From Bacteroidales bacterium (GTDB lineage Bacteria > Bacteroidota > Bacteroidia > Bacteroidales > VadinHA17): a stretch of DNA of 64,000 bases. How positions within the stretch are numbered: the first letter of the stretch is position 1; every line of letters begins with the position of its first letter. Below, in pieces: positions 8,922-18,021 of the stretch. Location: the NCBI GenBank assembly GCA_963662685.1, contig OY759745.1, positions 1,745,752 to 1,809,751 of the forward strand. Direction: 5' to 3'. The position numbers and the translations under genes are program-made. A model generated the notes under the pieces. That model searched no databases, was not told where the DNA came from, and saw only the letters and a program-made list of their open reading frames with translations.

Positions 8922-8963
8922 GCATCATAAATGATGCGGAGACAGACGTTATCATTTGATAAC
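8922..8963. promoter_or_regulatory. Two 16-bp palindromes in a divergent promoter region (candidate regulator sites)
   Basis: GCATCATAAATGATGC at 8922-8937 and GTTATCATTTGATAAC at 8948-8963. Each has perfect 7-bp arms, and their centres are 26 bp apart. Confidence 0.4.
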
Positions 8964-9039
8964 TGTTTCGTTGTATTATTTCATTAATGAGCCGACAATA
9001 TTCCAATCCGTTTTGCTTGACTTCGCTTCACTCAGCCAA

Positions 9040-9047
9040 TACTTTTG
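9040..9047 (+). promoter_or_regulatory. Bacteroidota -7 promoter box (TACTTTTG), with an upstream TTG at 9017-9019
   Basis: Exact TAnnTTTG match, 20 nt upstream of the ATG at 9067. Confidence 0.45.
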
Positions 9048-9066
9048 TATCGGATAAAACAGAGAT

Positions 9067-9438
9067 ATGAACCGAATTGCTTTACCGATAAAAAATGGAT
9101 TGCTTTCCGAATACCTTGGAAGCCGCGATATATGCAGAATATTCGATATAGATGATTATATGGTCGTGAGTGTCTCCAATGTGACCCCTGAGGTGGGTTG
9201 TGATGCAGATATACCGGCATGGGCGTCCAGACAGGGAATTACCGATATAGTAGCGTTCAAAATCGACAAAAAGCTTACAAGGCTTTTCTCCGGATACAAG
9301 ATTAACCAGTTCATTGGTATTGGAACAAAAGATCCGGATGAGATAATAAAAAAATATATAAACGGTGAACTCAAATCGGATAATAGTATTATAGATGATA
9401 TCCTTCATCAGGAAGATGACGGGAAAATTGAAACTTAA
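9067..9438 (+). CDS. NifB/NifX-type (dinitrogenase FeMo-cofactor-binding fold) family protein
   Basis: 123 aa. The N-terminus MNRIALPIKNGLLSEYLG...RIFDID follows the pattern of this small-protein family. Confidence 0.65.
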   Translation: MNRIALPIKNGLLSEYLGSRDICRIFDIDDYMVVSVSNVTPEVGCDADIPAWASRQGITDIVAFKIDKKLTRLFSGYKINQFIGIGTKDPDEIIKKYINGELKSDNSIIDDILHQEDDGKIET

Positions 9439-9466
9439 AATTAATGTCAACTTAAAATTTATACAG

Positions 9467-9814
9467 ATGAAAATGTTAAGAACAGCTGTTCATGAATTAG
9501 AAACAGCATCGGAACTTGAAAAGGTTGTGACTGATAATGAAAACGTAATGGTATGTTGCGGTCGAATGGGACCTATGTGTATCCCTGTATATGATATCAT
9601 GGAAGAATTGGAGGAAGAACGTCCTGGTGTCAAGTTCTTCTCCATGGCTTTTGATTCTCCGGAATCGGCAGCAATCAGGAACGCTCCTTTGTGCGCCGGA
9701 TTCATGGGACTACCTTATACGGTGTACTATAAAAACGGAAAGATGGTCAAAGCTACGACCAGCATACAGAGAAAGGGACAGGTTGAATCAATCCTCGACG
9801 AACATCTTTCCTGA
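9467..9814 (+). CDS. Thioredoxin-fold protein with an atypical CCGRMGPMC motif
   Basis: I chose the start at the ATG at 9467 (MKMLRT...), because the track's 9395 start overlaps the preceding gene. Trx-like layout, but WCGPC is replaced by VCCGRMGPMC. Confidence 0.65.
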   Translation: MKMLRTAVHELETASELEKVVTDNENVMVCCGRMGPMCIPVYDIMEELEEERPGVKFFSMAFDSPESAAIRNAPLCAGFMGLPYTVYYKNGKMVKATTSIQRKGQVESILDEHLS

Positions 9815-9829
9815 GTGGTTATTTAAGAC

Positions 9830-10768
9830 ATGGTTGTTATGGATAATGTGTTTGATGTGGTTATTATAGGTGCCGGCGCGGCGGGATTGACGGCCGGCAT
9901 CTATTCTTCGCGGGCTAAGCTGAGTACTTTGATACTTAATGAGGGGGCTGTTGGCGGCCAGATGGTTATGACTAATGAGATAGCTAACTATCCAGGGGTT
10001 GAATTAACCAAAGGCTACATTGTAGCTGATACCATGAAGAGACAGGCAAAAGAATTTGGATGTAAGATAAAGTCAAATATTAAGATAAAGAGTCTTGGAC
10101 TCGAAGGAGACATTAAGAGAGTGGAACTTGACGATGGCCAGGTATTTAAGGGAAAAACCGTAATACTGGCACCGGGAGGGAGACCCCGTGCGCTGGATAT
10201 CCCCGGAGAGGAACAGTTTAAGGGTATGGGCATATCTTATTGCGCGACATGTGACGGAGAATTCTTTACCGGCAAGGAGGTCGTTGTTGTTGGCGGTGGG
10301 AACTCTGCACTTGAGGAGGCTGTATCATTGACTAATTATGCGACAAAAGTTACTATAGTGCACCAGTTCGACCATTTCCAGGCGTTTAAGCATGCGGTAG
10401 AAGAGGCAACGAAAAATCCTAAAATTTCTATAATACTTGAATCTGAACTCAGAGGGTTTTATGGCGACGAAAAACTGCGGAAAGTCGCTATAGAACACCT
10501 TCCCACCGGCAAAGTTTCAGAAATGAGTACTGATGGGGCTTTTATATTTGTGGGTTATCTTCCTAATACTGGTTTTTTGAAAGGATTGGTGGAGTTAAAC
10601 GACAGGAGCGAGATAATTGTTGATTCAGAGATGAGGACAAAAATAAAAGGAGTATTCGCGGCAGGTGATTGTATAGTGAAGAGATATCGTCAGGTCACAA
10701 CTGCTGTAGCCGACGGAACAATAGCAGCGTTGAGTGCCGCTGAATATTTAAGAACAGGAAATAATTAG
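9830..10768 (+). CDS. trxB: Thioredoxin-disulfide reductase
   Basis: 312 aa with GAGAAG FAD motif, CATCDG redox centre, GGGNSALEEA NAD(P)H motif and a GVFAAGD tail. Confidence 0.9.
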   Translation: MVVMDNVFDVVIIGAGAAGLTAGIYSSRAKLSTLILNEGAVGGQMVMTNEIANYPGVELTKGYIVADTMKRQAKEFGCKIKSNIKIKSLGLEGDIKRVELDDGQVFKGKTVILAPGGRPRALDIPGEEQFKGMGISYCATCDGEFFTGKEVVVVGGGNSALEEAVSLTNYATKVTIVHQFDHFQAFKHAVEEATKNPKISIILESELRGFYGDEKLRKVAIEHLPTGKVSEMSTDGAFIFVGYLPNTGFLKGLVELNDRSEIIVDSEMRTKIKGVFAAGDCIVKRYRQVTTAVADGTIAALSAAEYLRTGNN

Positions 10769-10776
10769 AATTATAT

Positions 10777-11358
10777 ATGCGACAAGTAGGTTCATTGAAG
10801 GAATTCCGGTTAATTATTAAAGGTCAGGATAAGAGTTATTTGTTATTGCTGGATTCCAAAAACGAGAAGGGACAGTGCGCTCTCAAATCCATTGTAGGCG
10901 CGGAAGGATCAGTTGAAGGGATGAATATTTATTACGCCGACCTGCAATTTGTCAGGGATATACATCAGGAGTACGACATAACCACGGCTCCGTCGTTGTT
11001 GGAATTCACCGGGGGAAAGCTTAAAAACGTAATAAAAGGGTGTAACAGCGAGAATTTCTATAAAGCACTTTTTGAGGATTCTGTCTTTTACACTGGGATA
11101 ATTAATAATGACACACCAAGCCAGAGGGTGACAGTCTATTCGACACCCACATGTTCGTGGTGCGGTACGCTGAAAAGCTATCTGAAACAGCATAAAATAG
11201 GTTTTACCGATATTGATGTTTCCACTGATCAGAGAGCCGCTGAAGAATTGGTCCGTCGCAGTGGTCAGACAGGAGTGCCCCAGATAGATATAAACGGAGA
11301 GATAATAGTGGGCTTTAACAGGGCCAGAATTGATGAATTACTGGGTATAAGAGGTTAA
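10777..11358 (+). CDS. Two-domain glutaredoxin-like / PDO-like protein (C-terminal CSWC glutaredoxin unit)
   Basis: 193 aa. The C-terminal half (TVYSTPTCSWCGTLKSYL...GVPQIDINGEIIVGF) is NrdH/Grx-like. The N-terminal half is Trx-fold-like without a CxxC. Confidence 0.75.
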   Translation: MRQVGSLKEFRLIIKGQDKSYLLLLDSKNEKGQCALKSIVGAEGSVEGMNIYYADLQFVRDIHQEYDITTAPSLLEFTGGKLKNVIKGCNSENFYKALFEDSVFYTGIINNDTPSQRVTVYSTPTCSWCGTLKSYLKQHKIGFTDIDVSTDQRAAEELVRRSGQTGVPQIDINGEIIVGFNRARIDELLGIRG

Positions 11359-11391
11359 AAGATAGTTATTTAAATTAAATATATATAGGAA

Positions 11392-11679
11392 ATGAAAGAG
11401 TTACAACCAGTTAACCAGAACGTGCTGCTTGATATTACAGACGAAAGAGAGGAACAAAAAACAGCATCGGGACTGATTATTCCCGAAATAGCCAAAGAAA
11501 AACAGAATATCGCCAGGGTAGTCGCTTTGAGCAATATCGAAAACGCCGAAATATCGGTAGGTGATAGTGTCCTTTACCAATCATTTAACGGAAAAGAGAC
11601 CGCATTCGGCGATAAGAAGTATCTTTTCATCCAATATTCGGAAATTTTGGCTAAAATTGTGGAGACAGACATGATTTAG
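11392..11679 (+). CDS. Cpn10/GroES-family protein (orphan, no adjacent groEL)
   Basis: 95 aa. LQPVNQNVLL...KTASGLIIPE...ARVVAL...VGDSVLY...ILAKI follows the GroES pattern. Confidence 0.65.
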   Translation: MKELQPVNQNVLLDITDEREEQKTASGLIIPEIAKEKQNIARVVALSNIENAEISVGDSVLYQSFNGKETAFGDKKYLFIQYSEILAKIVETDMI

Positions 11680-11701
11680 ATAGATCCAAAATTTAAAGGC
11701 T

Positions 11702-12127
11702 ATGGCGAAACAGGAAACAATAACGGCAACGTGGCTGGATAAAATGGCGTTTGAAGTCGATGTAAACGGACATAAACTGACCATTGATGCCGTACCCGAG
11801 GTTGGAGGCGAGGACAGGGGACCCCGTCCCAAGCCTTTTATGTTAGCTGCTCTTGGAGGATGCACGGCCATGGATGTTATTTCCATATTGAAAAAAATGC
11901 GGGTAGAGGTGGATGATTTTAAAGTTCATGTCACAGGCGACCTGACCGAAGAACATCCAAAGCAATTCTATAAGATGCACGTTATATATGAATTTACCGG
12001 AAAGGAACTGCCAATGGATAAGCTGAAGAAAGCGATTGAGCTATCAGAGGAGAGGTATTGTGGGGTGAGTGCGGTCTATAAAAAGGCTATTGAGTTGTCC
12101 TCTGAGATAAAAGTCAACTATTCGTAA
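11702..12127 (+). CDS. OsmC/Ohr-family peroxiredoxin-like protein
   Basis: 141 aa with the conserved GGCTAMD and ERYCGVS Cys motifs. Confidence 0.85.
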   Translation: MAKQETITATWLDKMAFEVDVNGHKLTIDAVPEVGGEDRGPRPKPFMLAALGGCTAMDVISILKKMRVEVDDFKVHVTGDLTEEHPKQFYKMHVIYEFTGKELPMDKLKKAIELSEERYCGVSAVYKKAIELSSEIKVNYS

Positions 12128-14097
12128 GACAGACCGTAACCGAACCTGAAAAGAGGGTCTTTTGTGTCAAACGGAACATCTTCCTGTTGTTCACGGACAG
12201 CCTCCATGGAGGAAGGCAGATCAAACGGAAGTTTTCCTACCGGATTGAATTTACCGAAAATCACATCTAACAGGGGAGCGTCCTGTATGTCGAATGTCAT
12301 AAACGAGGCATCTGTTATACTGAGAAGTTCTTTTGGCAGTACTACGAGAGCTCTTTCGAGATTGATAGCAAGAACTACAGGTTTACCGGCAGAAGTCACT
12401 TCTTTTATCATTGCCATGGTTCGCGTCGGGAGATCTATGTTTACTTCAGCATCATTATTCTGAGCCGTGCCGCCAGGTATGTCTGTACCGGTTGAATTAA
12501 TTTTAAGAACAGCCATGTCTGCTTGTCCTGGGACATCAACTATTTTACCGTAATTGGCCGCAACGGTTGAATCTATACCAAATAGGTAAAGTCTGGGTTT
12601 TTCGTTGTTATTCGTTACAGGTAACAATCCATTGTTGGTAAGCATGACAATTGACTCGAGTTGAGCCTGGTATCCTAAGTTTCTGTTTTGTTCGTTTCCA
12701 ACAACTTTTTCGGCTTCGTCGGGGTCAACGTAAGGATTTTCAAAAAGTCCCAGTTTGAAGTGCCATTGAAGAATTCTTGATGCGGCAAGGTCGATCCTGC
12801 TTTCTGGTATTTTACCCTCTTTAACAAGCTCAATTACATCTTCAGACAATACCTCTCCGCCAAATTGATCCACACCGGCTTTAATCGACATCTCAAAACG
12901 GTCTATTACCGGATTGCCAACAAGGTTAGGATAGAGCGCCCCTTTTCTGACAATAACCTGCCAGTCGGTGCAGATAGCGCCTTTAAAGTCAAGCTTATCA
13001 CGGATAACATCTGTTGATAAATACTTTGAGAAGTTTACACCAAGAGTGTCGTAATAGGTTCCGCTGTAATACCCCATTACGCCTAAAGCTCCTTTTTCGA
13101 AACCCGTTCTCCACGGAATAAGGTGATATTCTAGATTGTTTCCTGGATAAACGAGCCAATCTCCCTCTCCTCCCATGTGTGGTCCGGATCCGGGCCAATG
13201 TTTCAGCATGGTGAGGATTTTCCCTGAACCTATGTTATCTCCTTGCGCTCCGTCCATAAAGGCGCTGAGCATTTCGGACGTCAGCTCGGCAGATTCGGAG
13301 AATGAGCCTGAATTCCTGCGCCAGCGGGGTTCTGTTGTAAGGTCGATCTGTGGGCCGAGTAACATATGAAGACCAACGGCCCTGTACTCTTCAGCCGTAA
13401 CTTCACCATATTTTCTCATTAATGCGGTATCCCTGGAGGCTGAGATGCCATATTGTCCTTCCTGCCCCGGCCACCGTGAGAAGTATTGCTCTCCTCTTAT
13501 ATGACTTCCCTGGGTGGCTCCATGGCGGGGATCTGAACTGAACAGAATAGGGATGCCTAGCCGGCTTTTCTCCGCGATCTCCTGCATGCCATTGGACCAT
13601 TCGGCAAAAACCCGCGGTTCCGCTACACCATCGTTCAGAATGCACCTGAAATTTTTTTCAACGATATACTCTTTTACCGTAGCCGTTGCCAGCGTTTGGC
13701 CAGTCATTGAACCATAGCCCGCCCCTTCAAGTGCTTTGCGTTCTTTTCTGGTGATGTTGTACCTGATAGAGCCATCAGGAGTTACGGCAATATTCGGATG
13801 AAACATAAGTCCAACCTTTTCTTCAAGAGTCATTAGGCTGATAAGGTTGGAGATACGTTCATCCACGGACAAACGCCAATCCTCGTAAGGATCAAGTTTA
13901 CCGTTTTTGTTCAGATCCCTGAACTGATAGGTTCCTTCCAGTATAACCCTGACACTTCTGCTTTCAACCATTGGCTGCCTCTCTTTTGCCGTAAAACTGA
14001 CGAAAAAGGAAACAACACCAATAGATATAAACAGCGTTATTATTCTGATTATTGGTTTAGAGATCAGACCATTTAAGGAAGTGCCGGACATAACCAA
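12118..14097 (-). CDS. Glycoside hydrolase family 3 (beta-glucosidase-like)
   Basis: 659 aa with GH3 motifs (SDPRHG, KHWPGSGP, TDW nucleophile region) and a C-terminal alpha/beta sandwich. Confidence 0.85.
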   Translation of the reverse strand: MVMSGTSLNGLISKPIIRIITLFISIGVVSFFVSFTAKERQPMVESRSVRVILEGTYQFRDLNKNGKLDPYEDWRLSVDERISNLISLMTLEEKVGLMFHPNIAVTPDGSIRYNITRKERKALEGAGYGSMTGQTLATATVKEYIVEKNFRCILNDGVAEPRVFAEWSNGMQEIAEKSRLGIPILFSSDPRHGATQGSHIRGEQYFSRWPGQEGQYGISASRDTALMRKYGEVTAEEYRAVGLHMLLGPQIDLTTEPRWRRNSGSFSESAELTSEMLSAFMDGAQGDNIGSGKILTMLKHWPGSGPHMGGEGDWLVYPGNNLEYHLIPWRTGFEKGALGVMGYYSGTYYDTLGVNFSKYLSTDVIRDKLDFKGAICTDWQVIVRKGALYPNLVGNPVIDRFEMSIKAGVDQFGGEVLSEDVIELVKEGKIPESRIDLAASRILQWHFKLGLFENPYVDPDEAEKVVGNEQNRNLGYQAQLESIVMLTNNGLLPVTNNNEKPRLYLFGIDSTVAANYGKIVDVPGQADMAVLKINSTGTDIPGGTAQNNDAEVNIDLPTRTMAMIKEVTSAGKPVVLAINLERALVVLPKELLSITDASFMTFDIQDAPLLDVIFGKFNPVGKLPFDLPSSMEAVREQQEDVPFDTKDPLFRFGYGLSYE

Positions 14098-14105
14098 TGG
14101 TCATG

Positions 14106-14495
14106 TTAGTTCCAGATATCGGGATTGTCGTATTTCAGGCTGATGGCTACGTTGATCTCGGTTCTTCCGGAAATAGCGACCTCAAGTTGTTCGTAACCAG
14201 GACAGCTTACTACAAGCTTTTCAGCGTTTTCGGGGCAGCTTATTTTGTATGATCCGTTTTTCTTTGTAACCGTTTTAACATCGGTTCCCTTTACCATAAC
14301 AGTTACCCCAGCAAGGGCTTTTTTACTGTAAGTATCCGTGATAGTACCTTTAATCGTAGTGTTTCCTGCGGTGAGTGCGGCTGTAGGAGCTGGTTTGAAC
14401 GAAACAAGGGTAATGCCCAGTACGGCTACTAACATGATAAACAACTTGTTTCTGAAGTTAAGCGTTCCCTGGATAGCGTTATTTTTTGTTTTCAT
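14106..14495 (-). CDS. Secreted carboxypeptidase-regulatory-like (CarboxypepD_reg) domain protein
   Basis: 129 aa. Signal/TM segment followed by GTITDTYSKKALAGVTVMVKGT...TKKNGSYKI. Confidence 0.55.
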   Translation of the reverse strand: MKTKNNAIQGTLNFRNKLFIMLVAVLGITLVSFKPAPTAALTAGNTTIKGTITDTYSKKALAGVTVMVKGTDVKTVTKKNGSYKISCPENAEKLVVSCPGYEQLEVAISGRTEINVAISLKYDNPDIWN

Positions 14496-14779
14496 CTTTG
14501 ATAATTTTTTGTTTTAAAAATCGGGCTACAATATAGCCATTAAAAAAAACATAATAAATTTTTTAATCAAATATAATCAAGTTTTACATTTTTTAAATAT
14601 CAAAATATGTACCAAACTGAGGCAAATAAGGCATTAATATCGATTTCGCGGTTATCCGCTGTTTTCATTTTACATACTAATTTCGTTGAGCGATGATGAG
14701 GATAATATGCCGCATATGACCAATAATTTGATTTTTGTAGTTATGTTGTTGGTTTTCATAATATAAGGATTTAGCTATA

Positions 14780-15904
14780 TCATAACTCAAAATAAAGACC
14801 CAGCTTGAGCGAATACGACAATAAATCAAAATCGATCTCACTAGGGTCCAAAGGATCTATGGCGAATGTAACGGGGGTGACTTCGGAGTCAAAATCTACA
14901 CTTAAAGCTATTTTATCTGTTATTCCCAGATTAAATCCGGCATTAAAACATAGTGTATGGGCATAATCTAGTCGGCTGCTATCTATTATAGCCGACCAAA
15001 AATTGAATCCAACACTTGCTTTGGGCTTGAATCTATGCCCTGGATATAAGTATTGAATCTGAGCGGGAAATTTCTTGATAGCAAAAAATCCATATTCAGA
15101 GGATGTATTCATATTTTCTATGCCGAATTTAAAAGATAATTTTTCATTAGTTCTGGGCATAGAGAGATATATGTTGGCACCAAGATCCGTTAAAGTATTA
15201 TCAAGGTAATCATAATAACCATTAAAACCGTACATTCCCCAATAGGGTTCAATAGCAACCTTAAGTAATGGCAGTTTTTTTTCATAAACCAGACACTGCT
15301 CATCCGGACATATTCCTTTATTATATCTCTCTGCCAGTTTTATCAATGGAGCGTGGTCCGGCTTCCTGAGATTTTCGACTTTTTCAAATATCTCCGGATA
15401 ATCCTGCATATAGAGTTTAAGAAAGCCGATATGCCTAGTGGTTTCATAAAATACTTCAATCTGATCAACAGGCCCATAAGTCAAATATTTACGGTCCACT
15501 TCTTTGGTTCCTTCTTCATAAGGCAGTTCAGAGATTCCAAGATCCTCTTTGTCGATATAGTAATGGTCGCCGCTATTATCTCGCAAATAATATATACTGA
15601 CTTCTCCATTGATCAGGTATTCAAGAAATGCCCTTTTACCGGATATCTCTTTGGAAACAAAATATTTGCTGTCAATGAATCTGAAAGCGGCTATATCGTA
15701 AGGAGAATACTCAATTGTCTCCCCATTGGGCATTTTTAACTTGCAGGCTGTGCCCATAAGCAGATCTCCGCGGTAATCGATATCACCGAATAAAGTGTCC
15801 CCTGAAAAGCTGATTATATATCCAGGTCTGAAATCGGTTTGAGCTTGGACAATCAATCCTGATGATATTATTATTACTGATAGAACTGACTTAATGTATT
15901 TCAT
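14780..15904 (-). CDS. Hypothetical exported protein (possible outer-membrane beta protein)
   Basis: 374 aa, signal peptide ending VQAQ, and an aromatic-rich C-terminal half with alternating pattern. Confidence 0.45.
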   Translation of the reverse strand: MKYIKSVLSVIIISSGLIVQAQTDFRPGYIISFSGDTLFGDIDYRGDLLMGTACKLKMPNGETIEYSPYDIAAFRFIDSKYFVSKEISGKRAFLEYLINGEVSIYYLRDNSGDHYYIDKEDLGISELPYEEGTKEVDRKYLTYGPVDQIEVFYETTRHIGFLKLYMQDYPEIFEKVENLRKPDHAPLIKLAERYNKGICPDEQCLVYEKKLPLLKVAIEPYWGMYGFNGYYDYLDNTLTDLGANIYLSMPRTNEKLSFKFGIENMNTSSEYGFFAIKKFPAQIQYLYPGHRFKPKASVGFNFWSAIIDSSRLDYAHTLCFNAGFNLGITDKIALSVDFDSEVTPVTFAIDPLDPSEIDFDLLSYSLKLGLYFEL

Positions 15905-16060
15905 TGGAAATGTAAATTGCTTGGTAAATTAAAAGAAAAGAAATCCCTTGAGAAGGGTCTCAATTTTTCATAATTAGGTTTTCTTGAAAATTTTAATGTA
16001 AAAGAAGATAATGTATTCTGTTGATCTGTATATAAAATCAGTGTTGCGATGTAATAGAAC

Positions 16061-16102
16061 AATATTGGGGGACTTCACAATTATTATAAGTCCCCCAATA
16101 TT
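16061..16102 (-). terminator. Hairpin terminator after the SBBP lipoprotein gene
   Basis: Perfect 15-bp arms AATATTGGGGGACTT / AAGTCCCCCAATATT, 17 nt past the stop codon. Confidence 0.55.
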
Positions 16103-16118
16103 TTAAGTTGAATTAATG

Positions 16119-17762
16119 TTATTCCTGGAAAATTTTCCAAATGAAAATATCATCACTTCCTTTACCGGTTAAATCTGTGGCTCCGAATGTGCTTGTTCCG
16201 GTTCCTCTTACATAACCTGTTACATGAACAGTGTTTGATGCGTCTATATCTACAGATTCACCGTTATCATAGTCTGCTCCTCCCGCTTTTTTAACCCAGA
16301 GAATATCTCCATCTGTATCGTATTTGGCAACGAATACATCTCTGTCATTGCTTGTCATAAGAGTATTGTCAAAAAATGTTGGTCCCGTGAAATATCCGGT
16401 TACGTAGATATTCCCAGTATCATCAGTTTTTACGGATCTGGCGTTACTACAGTTGGATGAACTTCCGGCCTGTTTAACCCATAACACTTCTCCTGTTGGA
16501 GTATATTTAGCTATGAACATATCCTCCCAACCGGTTGCGCTTAATTGTGTAGAATTGAATGAAGTTGTACCACCGAAATAACCGGCGACATAACAGTTTC
16601 CCTCAAAGTCAAGATCTATTGATATAGCGTTTTCCCAATCTGGACCGGATATTTGTTTTATCCAAACAATTTCTCCGGATGAATTCATCTTTCCCACATA
16701 AGCGTCTAAACCTCCAGAAGCCACAAGTGTAATGTCTCCAAAAGCCGAAGAATCGAAAAAGCATCCCGCAAAGTAGACGTCTCCGGATGAGTTTATACTC
16801 AGAGATGTTCCAGATTGTACCTTTTCACCTCCGAATTGTTTTGCCCAAACCGTATTGCCTGTTGATGGATCGAATTTTGCTATAAAAATATCTTCATCAG
16901 CATCTGCTGATGTCAAATCTATGGAGCCGAATGCGGTAACACCTTTAAACGCTCCCGTAAGATATGGATATCCAGACGGATCCAATGCTAATAACGGGCG
17001 GTTTACAATGATATCACTATTTAGCTGTATTGCCCATATTACATCGCCAGAATTGTTAAGTTTGGCTACAAACGCATCATTTCCTAAACTCTCACTGAAG
17101 GTAGTTGATCCAATGGTGATATTACCAGAAAAATTACCAGCCAAATATATATTATCGTTGTCATCGATGACAACAGAAGTTCCCTCATCATTACCGGAAC
17201 CTTCCAAATGGTTTATCCATTCCAGATTTAGATCAGTATCATATTTGGCGATAAACATATCAGTGTATCCAACTGCAGTATAATTGGTGTTGCCAAAAGT
17301 AGTAGTACCAATAAACGAGCCTGTAATATATGAGTTACCTGAACCATCAACGGCAATGGAATAGGCTCCATCAAAGTTGGAATTTCCCTCAATTAATGCC
17401 TCAACCGTAACATTAAAAATTTCTTCGCTTGTAACGGGGCTATCTCCAGTTGCGACCGATATACTTCCGGAGGTAGCGTCATTTGGTACGGTCACTGTCA
17501 AAGATGTACCTGTAGCGTCAGTAACAGTTGCGGCAGTTCCGTTAAAGTTTACCGTATTGTTTTCAGCTATTGAGTTGAACCCGCTTCCTGATATTGTTAC
17601 AGTAGATCCAATTGCTCCTCGTTTGGGAGTGAAATCTGATATTGTGGGTGGAGTGATTTCTGGTTCCTGTTCGCACGAACAAACACTTAATGAACAAATG
17701 AGAAATAAAGTAAAATAGCCGTACCTGCTAAGTAACCGGTGTCTTTTTGTAGTTGGATTCAT
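16119..17762 (-). CDS. Lipoprotein with an IPT/TIG domain and SBBP-type beta-propeller repeats
   Basis: 547 aa. Lipobox SVCSC, IPT-like ISDFTPKRGAIGSTVTISGSGF, and repeated D.F(I/V)AKY(D/T)..G...W motifs. Confidence 0.7.
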   Translation of the reverse strand: MNPTTKRHRLLSRYGYFTLFLICSLSVCSCEQEPEITPPTISDFTPKRGAIGSTVTISGSGFNSIAENNTVNFNGTAATVTDATGTSLTVTVPNDATSGSISVATGDSPVTSEEIFNVTVEALIEGNSNFDGAYSIAVDGSGNSYITGSFIGTTTFGNTNYTAVGYTDMFIAKYDTDLNLEWINHLEGSGNDEGTSVVIDDNDNIYLAGNFSGNITIGSTTFSESLGNDAFVAKLNNSGDVIWAIQLNSDIIVNRPLLALDPSGYPYLTGAFKGVTAFGSIDLTSADADEDIFIAKFDPSTGNTVWAKQFGGEKVQSGTSLSINSSGDVYFAGCFFDSSAFGDITLVASGGLDAYVGKMNSSGEIVWIKQISGPDWENAISIDLDFEGNCYVAGYFGGTTSFNSTQLSATGWEDMFIAKYTPTGEVLWVKQAGSSSNCSNARSVKTDDTGNIYVTGYFTGPTFFDNTLMTSNDRDVFVAKYDTDGDILWVKKAGGADYDNGESVDIDASNTVHVTGYVRGTGTSTFGATDLTGKGSDDIFIWKIFQE

Positions 17763-18021
17763 AGATTTAAGTTTATATTAATACATTAGGTTTATAGGTC
17801 GATTGAAACTTATTGGCACTAATTAATTCATTGGTTGAATGACTCATTAGTAAAACGAACTTGTTTGATAAATAGGTATTTACAGCACCAGACAACAAAC
17901 ACTTATAGCCGAAGCAATAACACAAATGTCGCATATCGAGAACATATTTATTTCCCAATGATAATAAATAATTCTGTATATTGTTCCCGTTTACCGGATT
18001 TTTTTGAATATATATTTGATT

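Noticed and set aside
14670-14759. 29-codon minus-strand ORF (MKTNNITTKIKLLVICGILSSSSLNEISM) that looks like an orphan signal peptide
   Set aside because: It is very short, has no downstream mature domain and has nothing supporting a promoter. It is probably chance or a decayed gene start.
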